Source of the DNA: Callorhinchus milii
Taxonomy: Eukaryota
Reading direction: 5' to 3'
DNA length: 64,000 bases
Assembly: GCF_018977255.1 (NCBI RefSeq)
Contig: NW_024704743.1
Coordinates: 54,996,001-55,060,000 of the forward strand
Shown one piece after another: positions 26,471 through 39,489 of this stretch. The first letter of the stretch is position 1, and the number at the start of each line of letters is the position of its first letter. The notes below the pieces were generated by a model. That model worked only from the letters and a program-made list of their open reading frames with translations. It made no database searches and was not told where the DNA came from. Made by a program: the position numbers and the translations under genes.

Positions 26471-28098
26471 AAAGTTGTGAATTCAAGTCTCATGTTAGGA
26501 CTTTGAGCTCATAGCCTAGGTGACAATCCAATGCTGTGTTGGGGGGATTCTTCATTGTCAGACGTGTTATCCTTTGGATGAGACAGTAAACCTAAGTCCC
26601 ATTTGTCTTTTCAGGAGGAAGTTAAAGATTCCATAGCACTATTTGAAAAGAGAAAGGAGTTTCTCTCTGTGTCCGGTCCAGATAAAATTGATCATTCACT
26701 TCACAACCGTTTATGGGACATGATAGTATGCAAATTTAATGTAGTGATCAACTACAAAATACACAGTTTACAGAAAATTTGTGATGTTATAAGTGCAATA
26801 TCAAATCCTTATACAACAATTAGTATTATTTTTACATATTTTGCCTCTTTATTGAACCATAGAAATTTACAGCACAAAAAAGACCATTTGGTCCATCGCT
26901 GGCTCTTTTAAAAAGCATTCTTTTCAGTTTCATTATTGGAAAATGTTGTTAAATTCCTTCCTCCACCATGAAATATCCACAACCATATAACCAGTCTTAT
27001 TCAACCCCGTTCAGTTGTTTTACACAGATGACTTTGTCCATTGTCCAAGCAGCAGGAAAGCCATTTTACTATCTCTGTCTTTTACAGATCTTAATAATTT
27101 ACAATCCACTTCTGAACCATACATATATGAAGCTCTTTTTTAAGGAGTTGATTTCTTTGGTGGCACTCTGCTCTATGTTTCCACTAGGCTTTGAAAAAAT
27201 ATTCTTCTAATTTGTAGTTTTGCCTGTGGTTTGTTAATTGTATGCTCATATCTTCTAGTTTTGTGCTCAAGTCTGTTAAAATAATCTGCTTATGACTACA
27301 TTATGTATGACTGCCTTTTAAGCACACTGTCTTGTCTCAATATTCTTTTTCCAGTTAAATCAAATGTTATTCTGTGAATCTGTCTTCCTGAGTTGCACTC
27401 TCAAAATTTAAATTCACCCATCTCCTTGTTCTCTGAATTATTTCTAAAGTGCCATATTTGGGGTTTTGGGAGGTACATGGGACTATAAACTACACAAAAT
27501 ATGGTACGTCTACAATAAATAATCCTTGTGCTTTGTATAACATCTTGAACATCTCAAAGCGCTTTACATTAATTACTGTTAAGTGTACTATATTTGTAGG
27601 TAAACATGTCAGTCAATTTGCACATTGCAATGTCCTACTAACAGCTAAGAGTTAAATAACCAGTTTATCTGGAGGATTATTATCCTGCTTCTCTTTGAAA
27701 ATAGCCTCCCTGAGCAGACAGAGCGGATGTCTCATCTAAAGGATGGTGTCTCTAGTGGTTTTCACATTGGAAGAATGTCTGCAAGTGTTTTAAACAGCTG
27801 TCAACCAAGACTGTGTGCTCAAAGTCTCCAAATTGGGGCATGATCTCATAGTTTTCTGAACTAGAGACAAGAGTACCGTTGACTGATCCAAGCTGACTGC
27901 CCTTGCAAATAAATATATTGAAGTAGGGAAGATCACAAGATCACCTAAGATGGCCTGGTAGGAATGAACGCTAGAGTAACATTGATGAATACATGGCAGC
28001 AGGGCAAATATTTATGCCAATTTGTACATGGCAATGTCCCACAGACTGCCAATTTTATCTTGGGGGCTGTTTGTACAATGCCATGGGATCTTTAACGT

Positions 28099-28416
28099 GG
28101 AGTCCTGTAGCTCACTGGTTAGAGCACTCGCTTTGCAAGCGAGAGACCTGAGTTCAATTCCAGGCACAGGGCGAAACCTTGGGCAAGTTTCCTTACTCCA
28201 CACGCCTAATAATAATCCCTCCAAAAAACCAAAAACAATAACAAATTGGTCATTTTCAATCTACGACTGTTTGTGGGACATTGCTGTGCGCAATTGGCTG
28301 CCGCGTTCGCCCACAAATATACAGTCAGTTCACTTTACAGTGTGTTCTGTGAAGCGCTTTGGGACATCCTCCCGACGTGAAAAGCGCTATATCAAATGCA
28401 AGGATTATTATTATTA
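28099..28416 (+). mobile_element. Young tRNA-Ala SINE with 8-bp TSD, nested in an older Deu-SINE
   Basis: Near-identical to 15801-16129. TSD tttaacgt at 28091-28098 and 28417-28424. The host Deu-SINE spans about 28000-28610 on the minus strand. Confidence 0.93.
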
Positions 28417-29929
28417 TTTAACGTTCATTTGAACAAGCAAATGGGACACTGATTAAATGTCTTGTCCAAAGGAATGCACCTTTGACACTGCAGCAGTCCC
28501 TCAGCTTTCTATTGGAGTGTCAACCTCGACTACAAGCTGAAACTTACAATGTGGGGTGTGAACCCCTAATCTTCTGCCTCAGATGCAAGAGGACTATCAA
28601 CTGAACCAAGTGATTCTATGGTTGCCTTAGGAAGAATGTAGGAAAAAAGGAACTTCCTTTCTAAATGTGCTGCATGTACAGGTATCAATACAAGTTTTGG
28701 TTATTCCATTCAATATAAGATTACTTAGCCAGGTTTAGAATTTACTATGATTACAAGCAACCATTGTGATATATTTCTGGAATTACCATATGATGGATGG
28801 CATACACAGTGGATATACAGGATCAAATTTCTATCAGAAACAAAACAGAATAATTTAAATTATTCCACAAACGTCAGCCAAATAAAGGCAGAACTCTTGT
28901 CTGTATAATGATACACCTTTAGTTCTGTTATCTGAGGAAAACAGGGCAAGAGGAATATCATAAAAGTTATTGTTTTACAAAAGTAGATTATTACCCAAAA
29001 CTACTATTAGCCAAAAAGAATACCTTCATTGTATTTTACAAAATATTTCATTGTATTATGTATTCTTTTGTTACAACTGTGAGAAATCCATTAGAAATAC
29101 CACAAACATGTTACCTTGTTTGTTATATTTAATGGCCTTCTGAGAATTCCACCCAACTCGGGCTCCCTCTCTGTCCCTGTAAACCACTATAAGAAATTCT
29201 CTGATAGGAAAGTTATGTAGTGGCAATTGTTGTGCTACTGTTGCTACCCAGGTGTATAGGGTTTTTGCAAATACACCTTTTTCCTGATATTGCTTCATAG
29301 GTTTGCGCTTATATTTATTCTTTCATTTGCTTTGTGACTAGGCCTGAAAGGTCCTGTTCTTCAATATCTTGAAAATGTTCCCTTGTTAGTAATATCCCCA
29401 AGAGTATGTAGATCTGGTGAAAGGGGCTCATGCCCTCTCACAACAAGAAGGGGGTAGGTAGGGAAGAGGGTAGTTTGTGGTCCAACGAGGTGCTAGTGAG
29501 TAAATACAAAGAAGGGAATAGTTTCAAACATCACAGTCGAACCAGATATATTTTTTGCCTACAAATATCCCACAACACTGCACTGGAGAGTCAGCCTTTA
29601 TACTGTATGTATATATGAATAGTATGACTTTATTGCATGATATAAGAAGCACACTAGATAAACACACATTGCAATGCTTTTCCAGGGTTAATAATTCCCT
29701 CCAATTGTTAATTTTTTTTATTATAAATTTCTCACTTCAATCCATGATTGTTTGTGGGACACTGCTGTGTGCAATTGGCTTCTGCGTTTTGCCCACAAAA
29801 TATACAATCAATTTGCTTTACAATATATTTTATGAAGCGCTTTGAGACACCTCAAAGACGTGATAAGGTGCTATATCAAATGCAAAGATTATTATCATAA
29901 GTATCAGGGTTATACAATATTTATCCTTA

Positions 29930-30290
29930 TAATAATCCTTGCATTTGATATTGCGTCTTTCAAGTCAGGAGAATGCTTTACAGGATTCACTGACGTGCAG
30001 TGACTGTATTTCGCAGGCAAGTGCTGTAGCCAATTTGCACACAGCTGTGTCCTACAAACAATCATGAAGTGAATGACCAATTTTATCCAAGGAATTGTTA
30101 GCAAGGACACTGGAAGAAATTCTCTTCTATTTTTGAAAAGTGCCATGACTTTAAAGTTCACCTGGACAGGCAGACGGGACTTCGGTTTAACATCTCATCT
30201 GAAGGATGGCACCTCCGACAATGTACCAATGTGGGACTTGAAGATGTAATCTTCTGATTAAGAAGTGAGAGTGCTACCAACTGACCCAGG
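29930..30290 (-). mobile_element. Deu-domain SINE
   Basis: Reverse complement contains gtcggaggtgccatccttcagatgagatgttaaaccgaag...ctgcctgtccaggtg. Confidence 0.82.
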
Positions 30291-30719
30291 TCTTGGAGCT
30301 GTGATACTTGGTAGGTTTGCATGAGAGTCCAGAAAAGAGCAGTCAGAGTTGAACTTAACCTGAGAGCTCTCAGTTAGGAGGAGTGCGTCATAGAGCTGAA
30401 CTTGTTCTCATGGGAATAAAATTAAAGCAAAAAGTGCTCTAGATTTTTAAAATGGTGGGAGGCAATAGGTAATACAAATGGAAGCAGAAAAATTGATTTA
30501 AAATCTGAGAGCTGCACTGGAAGAAATAGATTTAGATTCGAATTAAAAAGTCTCAGGTAGGACTAGAGATTGGAAGGATATTTATCCATCTGGCATATTC
30601 ACCTATTCTGACAGTTCATTTGCTCCATGGTAACTGATGATAAGATATAATTACATCTGTGCTCCAGGGGTTGGGAGGAATTGTTGTCTGTGGTTGTAAA
30701 GGAGGTTAGGTCAACAATA

Positions 30720-31235
30720 TCAACTTGCACTTATATAGCGGTCTTTACGTGGGGCAGCATCTCGGATTGCTGAACAATGGAGGAGTGTGACTCCAACAAA
30801 GAAGAAACACTGTTGGCACAGTTGAAGAGGAAGGTCTTCAGGTGCGATCTGAAGATGGACAAAAAGGGGGCGGGGCGGAGGGATTGAGGCAGGGAATTCC
30901 AGAGGTTTGGGGTGTAGCACGGCTGCTGATGGTGGAGCAGAAGGGTTGAGGGACATACACTGGCTGAGTAAAATGGGCAGGTATAGGATTGGGGTGTGAG
31001 CAGATTTGAGAGGTAGAGAGGTGCTAGGGCATGCAATGATTTGTAGGTGAGAATGAGGATCTTGAAATTTATCTATTCTGTGACGGGGAGCCAGTAAAGC
31101 CTAGCAAAGATCGGTGTGATGTGGTTGCAGAATCTGATCAGGGTAAAGATATGGGCAGCGGAGTTTTGAATCAGTTGGATCTTGTGAATGGTGGAACTGG
31201 GGAGCCAGGCAATGAGTGCATTGGAGATGGACATC
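30720..31235 (-). mobile_element. L2 LINE 3' fragment
   Basis: HALAPLYLSNLL...LWNSLPQSLR...FRSHLKTFLF remnant plus tail. Confidence 0.82.
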
Positions 31236-32194
31236 AGGTGAAACTTTGTTCACCTGAGGTGAGATCTATCAGGGCAGACATGCAGGTAGATGAGTGCTCC
31301 ACACTCGTACTTACTCTACCATCTTTGGAATCCTGGGAGTACAATATCTAGGCAATACTTTCCCCTAGTAGAATGGCAGATTAAACCCTCGATGGGATTA
31401 GTTTTGTGTGACTGTGGTAGGAGTGGACTTGATGGGCCACAGTCCTCCTCACATTCCTTACTTTGTTATATTCCCATCAAATATTTATCACTGATGGGTG
31501 TCACAAACTGGTTAAAGTTGTCTTGCACGTACATTTATTTACAGATATTATCCTGGTTCAGTTAACTATTTTAGGGATTAGGACTTCACAATCTAGGACA
31601 ACACTCGTGCATTGTTGGAGGTGTGGTTCTTCAGATGAAAAGAGAAGGGAATTTCACCTGGTGTCCTGGTCAAAGATTCCCCGGATAGATTGGTTACTCA
31701 CCTCCTGGCTGTTTGTTAGATATTGCTATGGGCAAATTGACTGCCACTTTTGACTAGAAGTACATACTTAACTGTAAAATGCTTCAAATGTTTTGGCATA
31801 CTAGGTGCTATATCAACTTAATAGAAATTTAAGTTTGAAGTTATTTTCATTTCTGGTTCGTATCAATTCCCTTTACATGCACCTATCTCTGGATATCTGT
31901 GTCTTTCCTGGAAGAAGCATAAATTTTCCAGCAGTAAACTTGAGCCAACAAAAATAACATGTAGTAAGATGATAGTCAGCTATTTACAAATCCATTTGGA
32001 GAAGATTAATCTTTCCCATGGCTGACAGAAATAATATTGCATTTGGTACAGAGTTTGAAACTGCCAAATAACTTAAGAAAGGACTCTTTAGGGAAAATAT
32101 GCCCTTACAGTATGAGAAAACTGATCCTGAAATCCAAAACGGAGTAAAAAATTAATGAATACTACATTAATGTGAAATATGGCATCAATATCGG

Positions 32195-32580
32195 CTTGGG
32201 GACGCTGTATTGTTGCAGGATCCGTGCTTCAGATGAGATGTTCAACCGAGGTGGCATCTGCCTGTTCAGGTGGATGTTAAAGATACTGAATCATTATTCA
32301 AAGCAAATGGGTTTTTCCAGGTGCCCTGGTCTACAATCCCCCAAATAAAGTTGGTTGTTGTCTGGTCTGCACAGGGAAAAGCCTTTCCCTCACTTCTGCT
32401 GAGTGGAGGGAGCAGCCAGAGCAGACGATCACACAGACACTTTGTAAGAGGGTTACATGTAATATTGGCTTCCTCATTTTGTCCACAAAATACAATCTCT
32501 ACACTTTACAGTATATTCTATGGAGTACTTTGAGACATCTTGAAGACGTGATAAGGCGCTATATCAAATGCAAGAATTGT
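32195..32580 (+). mobile_element. Deu-domain SINE (partial)
   Basis: ttcagatgagatgttcaaccgagg...ctgcctgttcaggtggatgttaaagat and tail. Confidence 0.72.
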
Positions 32581-33661
32581 TATCTGTTAATATTATTAAT
32601 ATTCCTCCGCTTCTTCCACACGTTCAATGCCCACCTCACAACCTACCTCTTTCACTGCACTTTTAATCATCTTTCTCCTCCCCACCCTCTTCGGCTCCCA
32701 CCCCCAGCTCTGATGCCCAGAAACCCAGTGTCAGACACTTTGATATGTCCACCCAACGTGAAAGGCGCTGTATAAATGTAAATAGTATTGATCTGCAATG
32801 TTTGATTTCTCTCAAACTCACACAATATGTTTCAAATAATTTAATATAAGCATCAGCCATAATTAATTTCACTTTCTTTCACCATCTCAATTTTATGTTT
32901 TACATTTCACAGCATTTCACTTCCATTCTCATTTATTATCGAAGAAGATCACAATTTTATTATTGGAACATAAGGGCAGAAAGCTGCCCTGTCAACTGTT
33001 GTTCAATGTGGACAGTACCACCCAGAAACTCGTCGAACAAGAGATCATAGGTAGCAATCTATTATCTTATACAGGTAGGTACTCACCTCGGGTTTTCATT
33101 CTGTGAATGGATATCTTCCACATACCACAATACTCAGACAGTCTAATCTCAATCAAAAGCATGCATTTCTCTTTGAGATCTGTATCTTACTCCATGTAAC
33201 TTCCCTTTCCTGAATTTCTATGTGCTCTTTTTTCCCCTAGAGGTAACTATTTAGAAAAGGTTAAATGAAGAGACCGAGAGCACAGATGTAGCCTTTTCCA
33301 CTGAAAGCAATTTGGCAAACTTAACACATTAGCAACATTTTCAGTGGTGCTGAACAATAATTAAATTTTACTTTTGTTTAAAAGTAGATGTATGTATAAC
33401 TATAACCATACAGACTAACAGCATAGTGCCAAAACCAAACGTTAAAAATGCTTAAGTAAAGTACAACAGGTTACAAGATTGGGAAATAGATGTTGAGAAT
33501 ACTTTATGTGAGAGAATGACGACAAATTAATTTTGAAAAGTGTGTAATCTTTTGTTTTGCTTTCACCATGCTCTGTATCATAGCAGGAGGAAGAACCTGA
33601 AATCTATACATTTAAGCAAAAGTATAAACAAACTATATTAAATCTCCTTTTTTTCCACCGA

Positions 33662-33865
33662 TAATAATAATAATCCTTGCATTTGATATAGCGCTTTTCA
33701 CATCTTCTAGACGTCTCAAAGCGCTTCACAGAATATGCTGTAAAGTGAATTGACCGTATATTTGTGGGTGAAACGCGGCAGCCAATTATGCACAGCAGTG
33801 TCCAACAGTCGTGGATTGAAAATGACCAATTCATTATCGTTTTTTTTGGAGGGATTATTATTAGT
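33662..33865 (-). mobile_element. 5'-truncated SINE
   Basis: Reverse complement of the same SINE body and tail. Confidence 0.85.
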
Positions 33866-33959
33866 ATCAGAGTTCACAGTGTCCATTTATTTTTTATGCA
33901 AGATGCCTTAATATGATGTAGTTGAAGGTGGGTTACAAATGGTTGAAAACTGTAACATG

Positions 33960-34470
33960 TGATATGTTAGGACAAAGGAAAGCAGAGCCTTACAGGCCAA
34001 TGAGCCTGATCCACCAGTTTTTTAGATCTTGACAGATATTTTAATCCCAATGCCCTTTCGTCATAGCCCTTAAATCTTCACTATCCAAGTATCTGCATAT
34101 CTCTTTTCTAAATATCCTTATTGATTCCACCTCTGCAACTTCCTGGAGCAGTCCACATCTTCACAACCTTCTGTGTGAAGAAATCCTGACCTACCTCAGT
34201 TGTAACTGTCTAGTGCGGATTTTAAGGTTCAACCTTCTTGGAATTCATGCCTCCACAAGAGGAAAGAGTCACAGTCTAACCTCTCAGTTCCTTTCATTAT
34301 TTAAATGAAAAAAATGATTGACAGATCAAATCACCCTTCAACCTCCTATACCGTAAAACAATATAACCCTAGTCAACCCAGCTTCTCATCATAGCTAAAT
34401 CATTCCAGGTATTAATCTACTGAACCATCACTGCATTCTCTGTGGCTAGAACATTCTTCCTACAATTGGT
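33960..34470 (-). mobile_element. Degenerate CR1-like LINE fragment
   Basis: Contains acaaccttctgtgtgaagaaa, tcacccttcaacctcc and atctactgaacc...cactgcattctc, which are reverse-strand CR1 3' motifs. Confidence 0.55.
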
Positions 34471-35869
34471 TTCTCAAAACTAAACAAAAAAAACCACATT
34501 TTTGAAAATGTCACTTTGTCAGTAACTGAAGTCATTGATTGGATATACAGGTATGCTTCCCCCACCCCCACCAACTCTTATCACAATGGTTTGTCTTATT
34601 GGAAAGCAGTTAGCAGGATAGCAATGTAACTGAACAAAAAAAACCACTTTACAGTAACCAGAATGCTGGTAGGCTAACAGGATCAATCATGACTGGCTAT
34701 GAACCCAGCCACTATAATAGAGGCGGGCGGGGGTCGAGTTGTATCCACAGATGGGTCAATTATCAATAGGGCAGAATTTTTAACAATGTGTTAATTAACA
34801 TGTCATTGGTTCCGATTTTCACCCAATTATTAAATAAAACTATTGCAGCTTTCCAAGCAAATCTGGATTTTGTGTCATTCCTGATATATTTTAGACCTTG
34901 GAAATGAGATGGATTGAATACAATATACACTTCAGACATACGGCTTCATTACAGATGTTTCTTAAAAGAAAGTGTATATCTATATTTAAACTGCATGGAT
35001 TGATCTTCCAGTTTAATGTAGCAGATGGCTTAGTGTGGGTGAAGTGCAATTGTTACAAAAAGACATCAGCCTGAGGATATGAAATATTAAGGAGATGTCA
35101 GCAGTCAAAGTGTTCAAGAACCTGATGAACAGATGGAGTCAGGAGTGAAGAGGGTGCTAAGGCTGTTTTTTGGAGAACAGATGGTCTCTCATCAGAAGAG
35201 CCAAGGGAGAGACTCCCAACACGGACAGATCTGAGAACCATCCCTTTCCGTGGTCTGTATGGTACAATTAAAAGCATTTTGATTCCCCATTCTCTCACTG
35301 TCAGGGTTGCCTTGGGGATCAGAAGGAAAGAACACAAGGATTGCCTGCATACAGACAAGCTTCGAGGGACAAAACAGATCAGACTGATGGTGACAGTGAG
35401 ATTCTTGGAATATTTTGAGTCTCTTGTCTTTCAAAAATCTTGTTCAAATTCTTGAATTCTCAAATAGCCTAACCCTCTATATTTTGGCACCCAATTATAT
35501 CTATTATCAGTGGATAATAATGCAAGTTTCTTGTTTGTATCCCAATTCAATTATCAAATGATTGTGAAACAGAGGAAGTGGCCTTTAGAAATCATCTGGT
35601 CATCTAAGCATCTGAGACATCTCTTTCAATTTGAATGACTGACGAGACTTGCATCCTTTCTGCACCTTGTAGAAGGATGTACTACAGTTTATTTTGAATC
35701 CAAACTAATTAACTCTACTAATCTGAAATCTAAACTCCTGACATTAGTAAGCAGAAGAGTAAGTGGGTTTCTTTGTTGCAGAGCTGGCTCCAAGATCACA
35801 TGCCTGACAATGAAATATCAGAATCAAGCCAACTGTCTTTGATGGTCTTGGTAGTTTGATTCTTGGTGA

Positions 35870-36345
35870 GGTGGGTACTCAGTACTCCAAGGCACTGCTG
35901 ATATCAGACCAGCCAGTCTGACTCATCAACCTCAGACTTGGAGGAGCAGATCAGTCATTGAGAACAGAGTTCTTCCCATTCAGCTCCTTTTAATCCTGCA
36001 AACCAACGCTCTAAATGGGTAGGGTGGCCAAGCTGGGCAAGCAGAAGATAGCTTGCCAGTCAGGGTTCTTCTCTAAGCGACAAGTTATACAGTTTTAACT
36101 GATTAAACTCCAGCATTACCCATACACATTCTGGAGTCCCGAACCCTTGGTTCTTGTCAACCTACAGCTAATTTTATCCTGGAGTATTTAAGCAAGCTGC
36201 ATCCCTCTGGGGAAAGAATGTGCACTCCATTCCAGTCAGGGAAATTTCCATGCGTTCTGTATTTGGAACACTCAGTAGTATGGTTAGGATAAAGTAAAGC
36301 ATGGTGATGAGTTTATGTGTGTGTCAGATACCCGGCTGACAAAAT
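35870..36345 (-). repeat. Unclassified dispersed repeat copy
   Basis: Reverse complement matches 3372-3784 joined directly to 4535 onward. Confidence 0.75.
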
Positions 36346-36512
36346 AAAGTTTGAAGTTTAACCACCTAGATCGTCTTCAACAAAAAAAATCCTTTTTTTT
36401 GTTTCAGGAAATGAGGGTCTTTAAATCATTAGCAAAATATGCAGATGTAATAATTTCAGTTTGACAAGTTAAAAAGTGGTCCTATTTTTCTTGACTACAT
36501 TGACTAAAATAA

Positions 36513-36870
36513 TAATAATCATTGCATTTGACATAGAATATACTGTAAAGGGAATTGACTGTATATTTGTGGGCAAAACACGGCAGCCAATCATGCACAG
36601 CAGTGTCCCACAAACAGTCATGGATTGAGTGACCAAATAATAATTTTTTTTAAAGGGATTATTATCCCCGGAAGAGCGATCCATCAATCAAGTAACAATT
36701 AGGTTCCTACTTACTGCTAGGTAAACAGAGGCGTGCGGAGTAAGGAAACTTGCCCATCAAGTTATGCTCTTGTAATTTCTACAAGATTAGAGAATTCTGC
36801 CTGGATATCGAACCCAGGTCTCTCGCTTGTGAGGTGAGTGCTCTAACCACTGAGCTACCACTAGGACTCC
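36513..36870 (-). mobile_element. tRNA-derived SINE, long subfamily
   Basis: Reverse complement shows the same head, the ctctgtttacctagcagtaagtaggaacc segment and the tail. Confidence 0.82.
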
Positions 36871-37814
36871 ACTGGGATGGAAAAGTAAAAAGAATAAAGG
36901 AACAACATTTGTCTGGCATTATGAAGCTTTTACTATTGAATATTTGGTTACAAATAATTTAGTAAACTTCAGCATGATCGTAAAGCATATTAAAAGTAAA
37001 TCAGTGTTTTAAAAGTATGATTTTCTTGGATAAAACTTTGCTGATAGCATTTTTATAAAGTATTCATCTACTGAATTGACGAGCACCATAAAAAATACCG
37101 CACACTTATGTCCGAAGTGATTTTAACACTCTGGGGAAAAATAACCAATCAAATAAGTTGATGTCTTTCAGTCTATTTTTTTTCTCGCATGTTTTGCATT
37201 TTGTGGCACTCACAGGAACTCATCAAGCCAACAAGTGAGAGTAGCCAAATATCTGAAGAGGGAAAATATATAGTAAATAAATTATGAGGAAAGATTGGAG
37301 AATTGTGATCAGAGGAGCTAGCTAGCTCCAATTTCTATGAATTATGATTCTGTTATGACTACTCTCAAATTTAATCTAATAGTTTGATGAGGATAATATA
37401 CTGAAATATTTGTATTAAAATCGACCATTTGTACAATTTTGTTATGATGCAAAAACTATACTTGTTCGGTGACTAAAACTATTCATGTGGTTGTACTCTG
37501 AGATAATTGCACCCAAGTTGATCTTTTACTACTTTGTTACTTTGGGGGGTTTTCGAGTGGTGAAGGTGGTGGGGATCATTGCTTGACTTATGCACAGACT
37601 CAAGTCAATCGAGCAAAGCTGGATGTATGGTTAGAAATTGGTCTAAGGCTGCGGGACCAAGAGTAGGCAGTGTTCAGTGATATAGTCTATAACACCATTA
37701 GCCAAGATAAATCACTGGAACAAATATGGTTCTCGAAGTGTAATAAAATAAATGTCTTGCATGCTAAACTCGTCTGTGGCAAAATATATACGCACATGTC
37801 TACTCTTTATAAGA

Positions 37815-38070
37815 CTATAAGATGTAGGAGCAGGAGTAGACCATTCGGCCCCTCGAGCCTGCCTCAGCATTTAATAAGATCATGGCTGATCTTCTAACCT
37901 AATTCCATTTACCCACCCTATTCCCATATAACCTTAATCTCTTTATCCTTCAGAAATTTATCATCCTCAGTCTTGAATATGCTCAATAACTGAGCATCCA
38001 CAGCCTTCTGGGGTAGAGAATTCCATAAATTCACTACCCTCTGTGTGAAGAAATGTTTCCTCAACCTTCA
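37815..38070 (-). mobile_element. CR1-like LINE 3' end
   Basis: gtaggagcaggagtagaccattcggcccctcgagcctgc...tcatggctgatc and ggtagagaattcca...tgtgtgaagaaa are typical of CR1 3' ends in cartilaginous fish. Confidence 0.75.
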
Positions 38071-38254
38071 TCTGAGGTGCACTGAGTCTAGATGAATCAT
38101 ATTGTTGCCGTGGGTATTGTATTGCCCTAGACCAATCTATAATTTCCAAAACAGAAGCATTCTTTTATCATTTACCTGAAATATCAGTCAACATGAAACT
38201 TGGTAACTAGTTTAATATTGGTGCAACGAGTATTATTTTTTTTGGAGCAGCATG

Positions 38255-38775
38255 ATGCCCAACACCATGCTTAAGAATATCCAAAGCAAACAGAGTTCTA
38301 TGTATCCCACCAATACATGGAAATTCCTGAGATATTTATTAGAATGGATCGCGCACACTCTCCCCAGAGGAATGGATGCTGCTTACTTAAACTCGAAAAA
38401 TATTAGGCGCAGGTTGGCAAGAGCCAACACTTGGGGATCCCGGAGTCTGTTTTGGGATACTGCTGGAGTCTAACCAGTTAAAATTACCCTGTTTAGTTTT
38501 CCGCACAGCTTGTCCAGCTACCACCACCCTACCCGTTAGGGCTTTGGTTTGCATGATTAAGAGGAGCTGAGTGGAAAGAATTCTGACCCCAGTGATTGGT
38601 CTGACCTTCTATGAGCCGGGCTGACTGGGCCTTCATCAGCAATGGCCTGGGGTACTAAGGACCCAGCTGGCTCAGGAACTGGATGACTGAGACTGCCACA
38701 GATGGTTTTCTTGATTCTTACATTCCATTGCTAAACATGAGCCAGTTCAACTCCAAGGAGCCAGTTCAACTCCAG
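38255..38775 (+). repeat. Unclassified dispersed repeat, uninterrupted copy
   Basis: acatggaaattcctgag...gctgcttacttaa...ggcaagagccaa...tctaaccagttaaaa...ggctcaggaact...ttgctaaacatg. Confidence 0.8.
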
Positions 38776-39489
38776 CTGACATTTCCCTGCCACCCCCCCA
38801 CCCCCCAGTCACTAGTTGGACATTCGACAAATCTCTATTATAGATAGTCAGAGTATGGATAATTTGCACAGCCGTACAATTAATCTGTCTAGCTACTGAT
38901 CCACCAAATAGTGTGCATCCTTTGAACAAGGAGTATGACCCTTTTGCAAAGGTTTTGAATTTCTTCCTGGAATAAAACATGCCAAGAATTCTCAACTCTT
39001 GAAATGGAAAATTTGGCCTTTCTTGTAGATAGAACAGACATTTCAATTTGTTGAATGAAGCAAAATTAGCATAAAGGTTTGCGTGCGACTTGGATATGAA
39101 GATAACTTTTTTTGTATTTCTGCTTTCCTGATTTTTAATCGCACTTCAAGTAACTGGAACTTTATTTTTAAAACTTCCTATGAATTAGCACAACTTGAAG
39201 TTGTGGTTCATCAGGAGGTAATGGTGATAATTGTCCAAACACAAGACAGGCCTTTCTGTTGAGTCTAATAAAGGGAGCTGAAAACCATATGTTGTGGACA
39301 TTCAGTGTGCAGAGAGGAGATCTCCAAGGGAAGTGTTTGAAGATACAATTGCTTTAAAGGAGCAAGTGTCCCCTCTTGGCGATTTTCCATACACATGGTT
39401 TAGGGGTAAAATTATGAATAAATCATTACACTTTCAAGCACAATAATAACAATTCATTCAGACAAGAGAATGATCAATTTTGGTTCCAA

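Noticed and set aside
1..39000. A second gene (tandem AHR paralogue or SNX13) downstream of AHR
   Set aside because: I found no recognisable exons by eye. Small exons or lncRNAs cannot be excluded without alignment.
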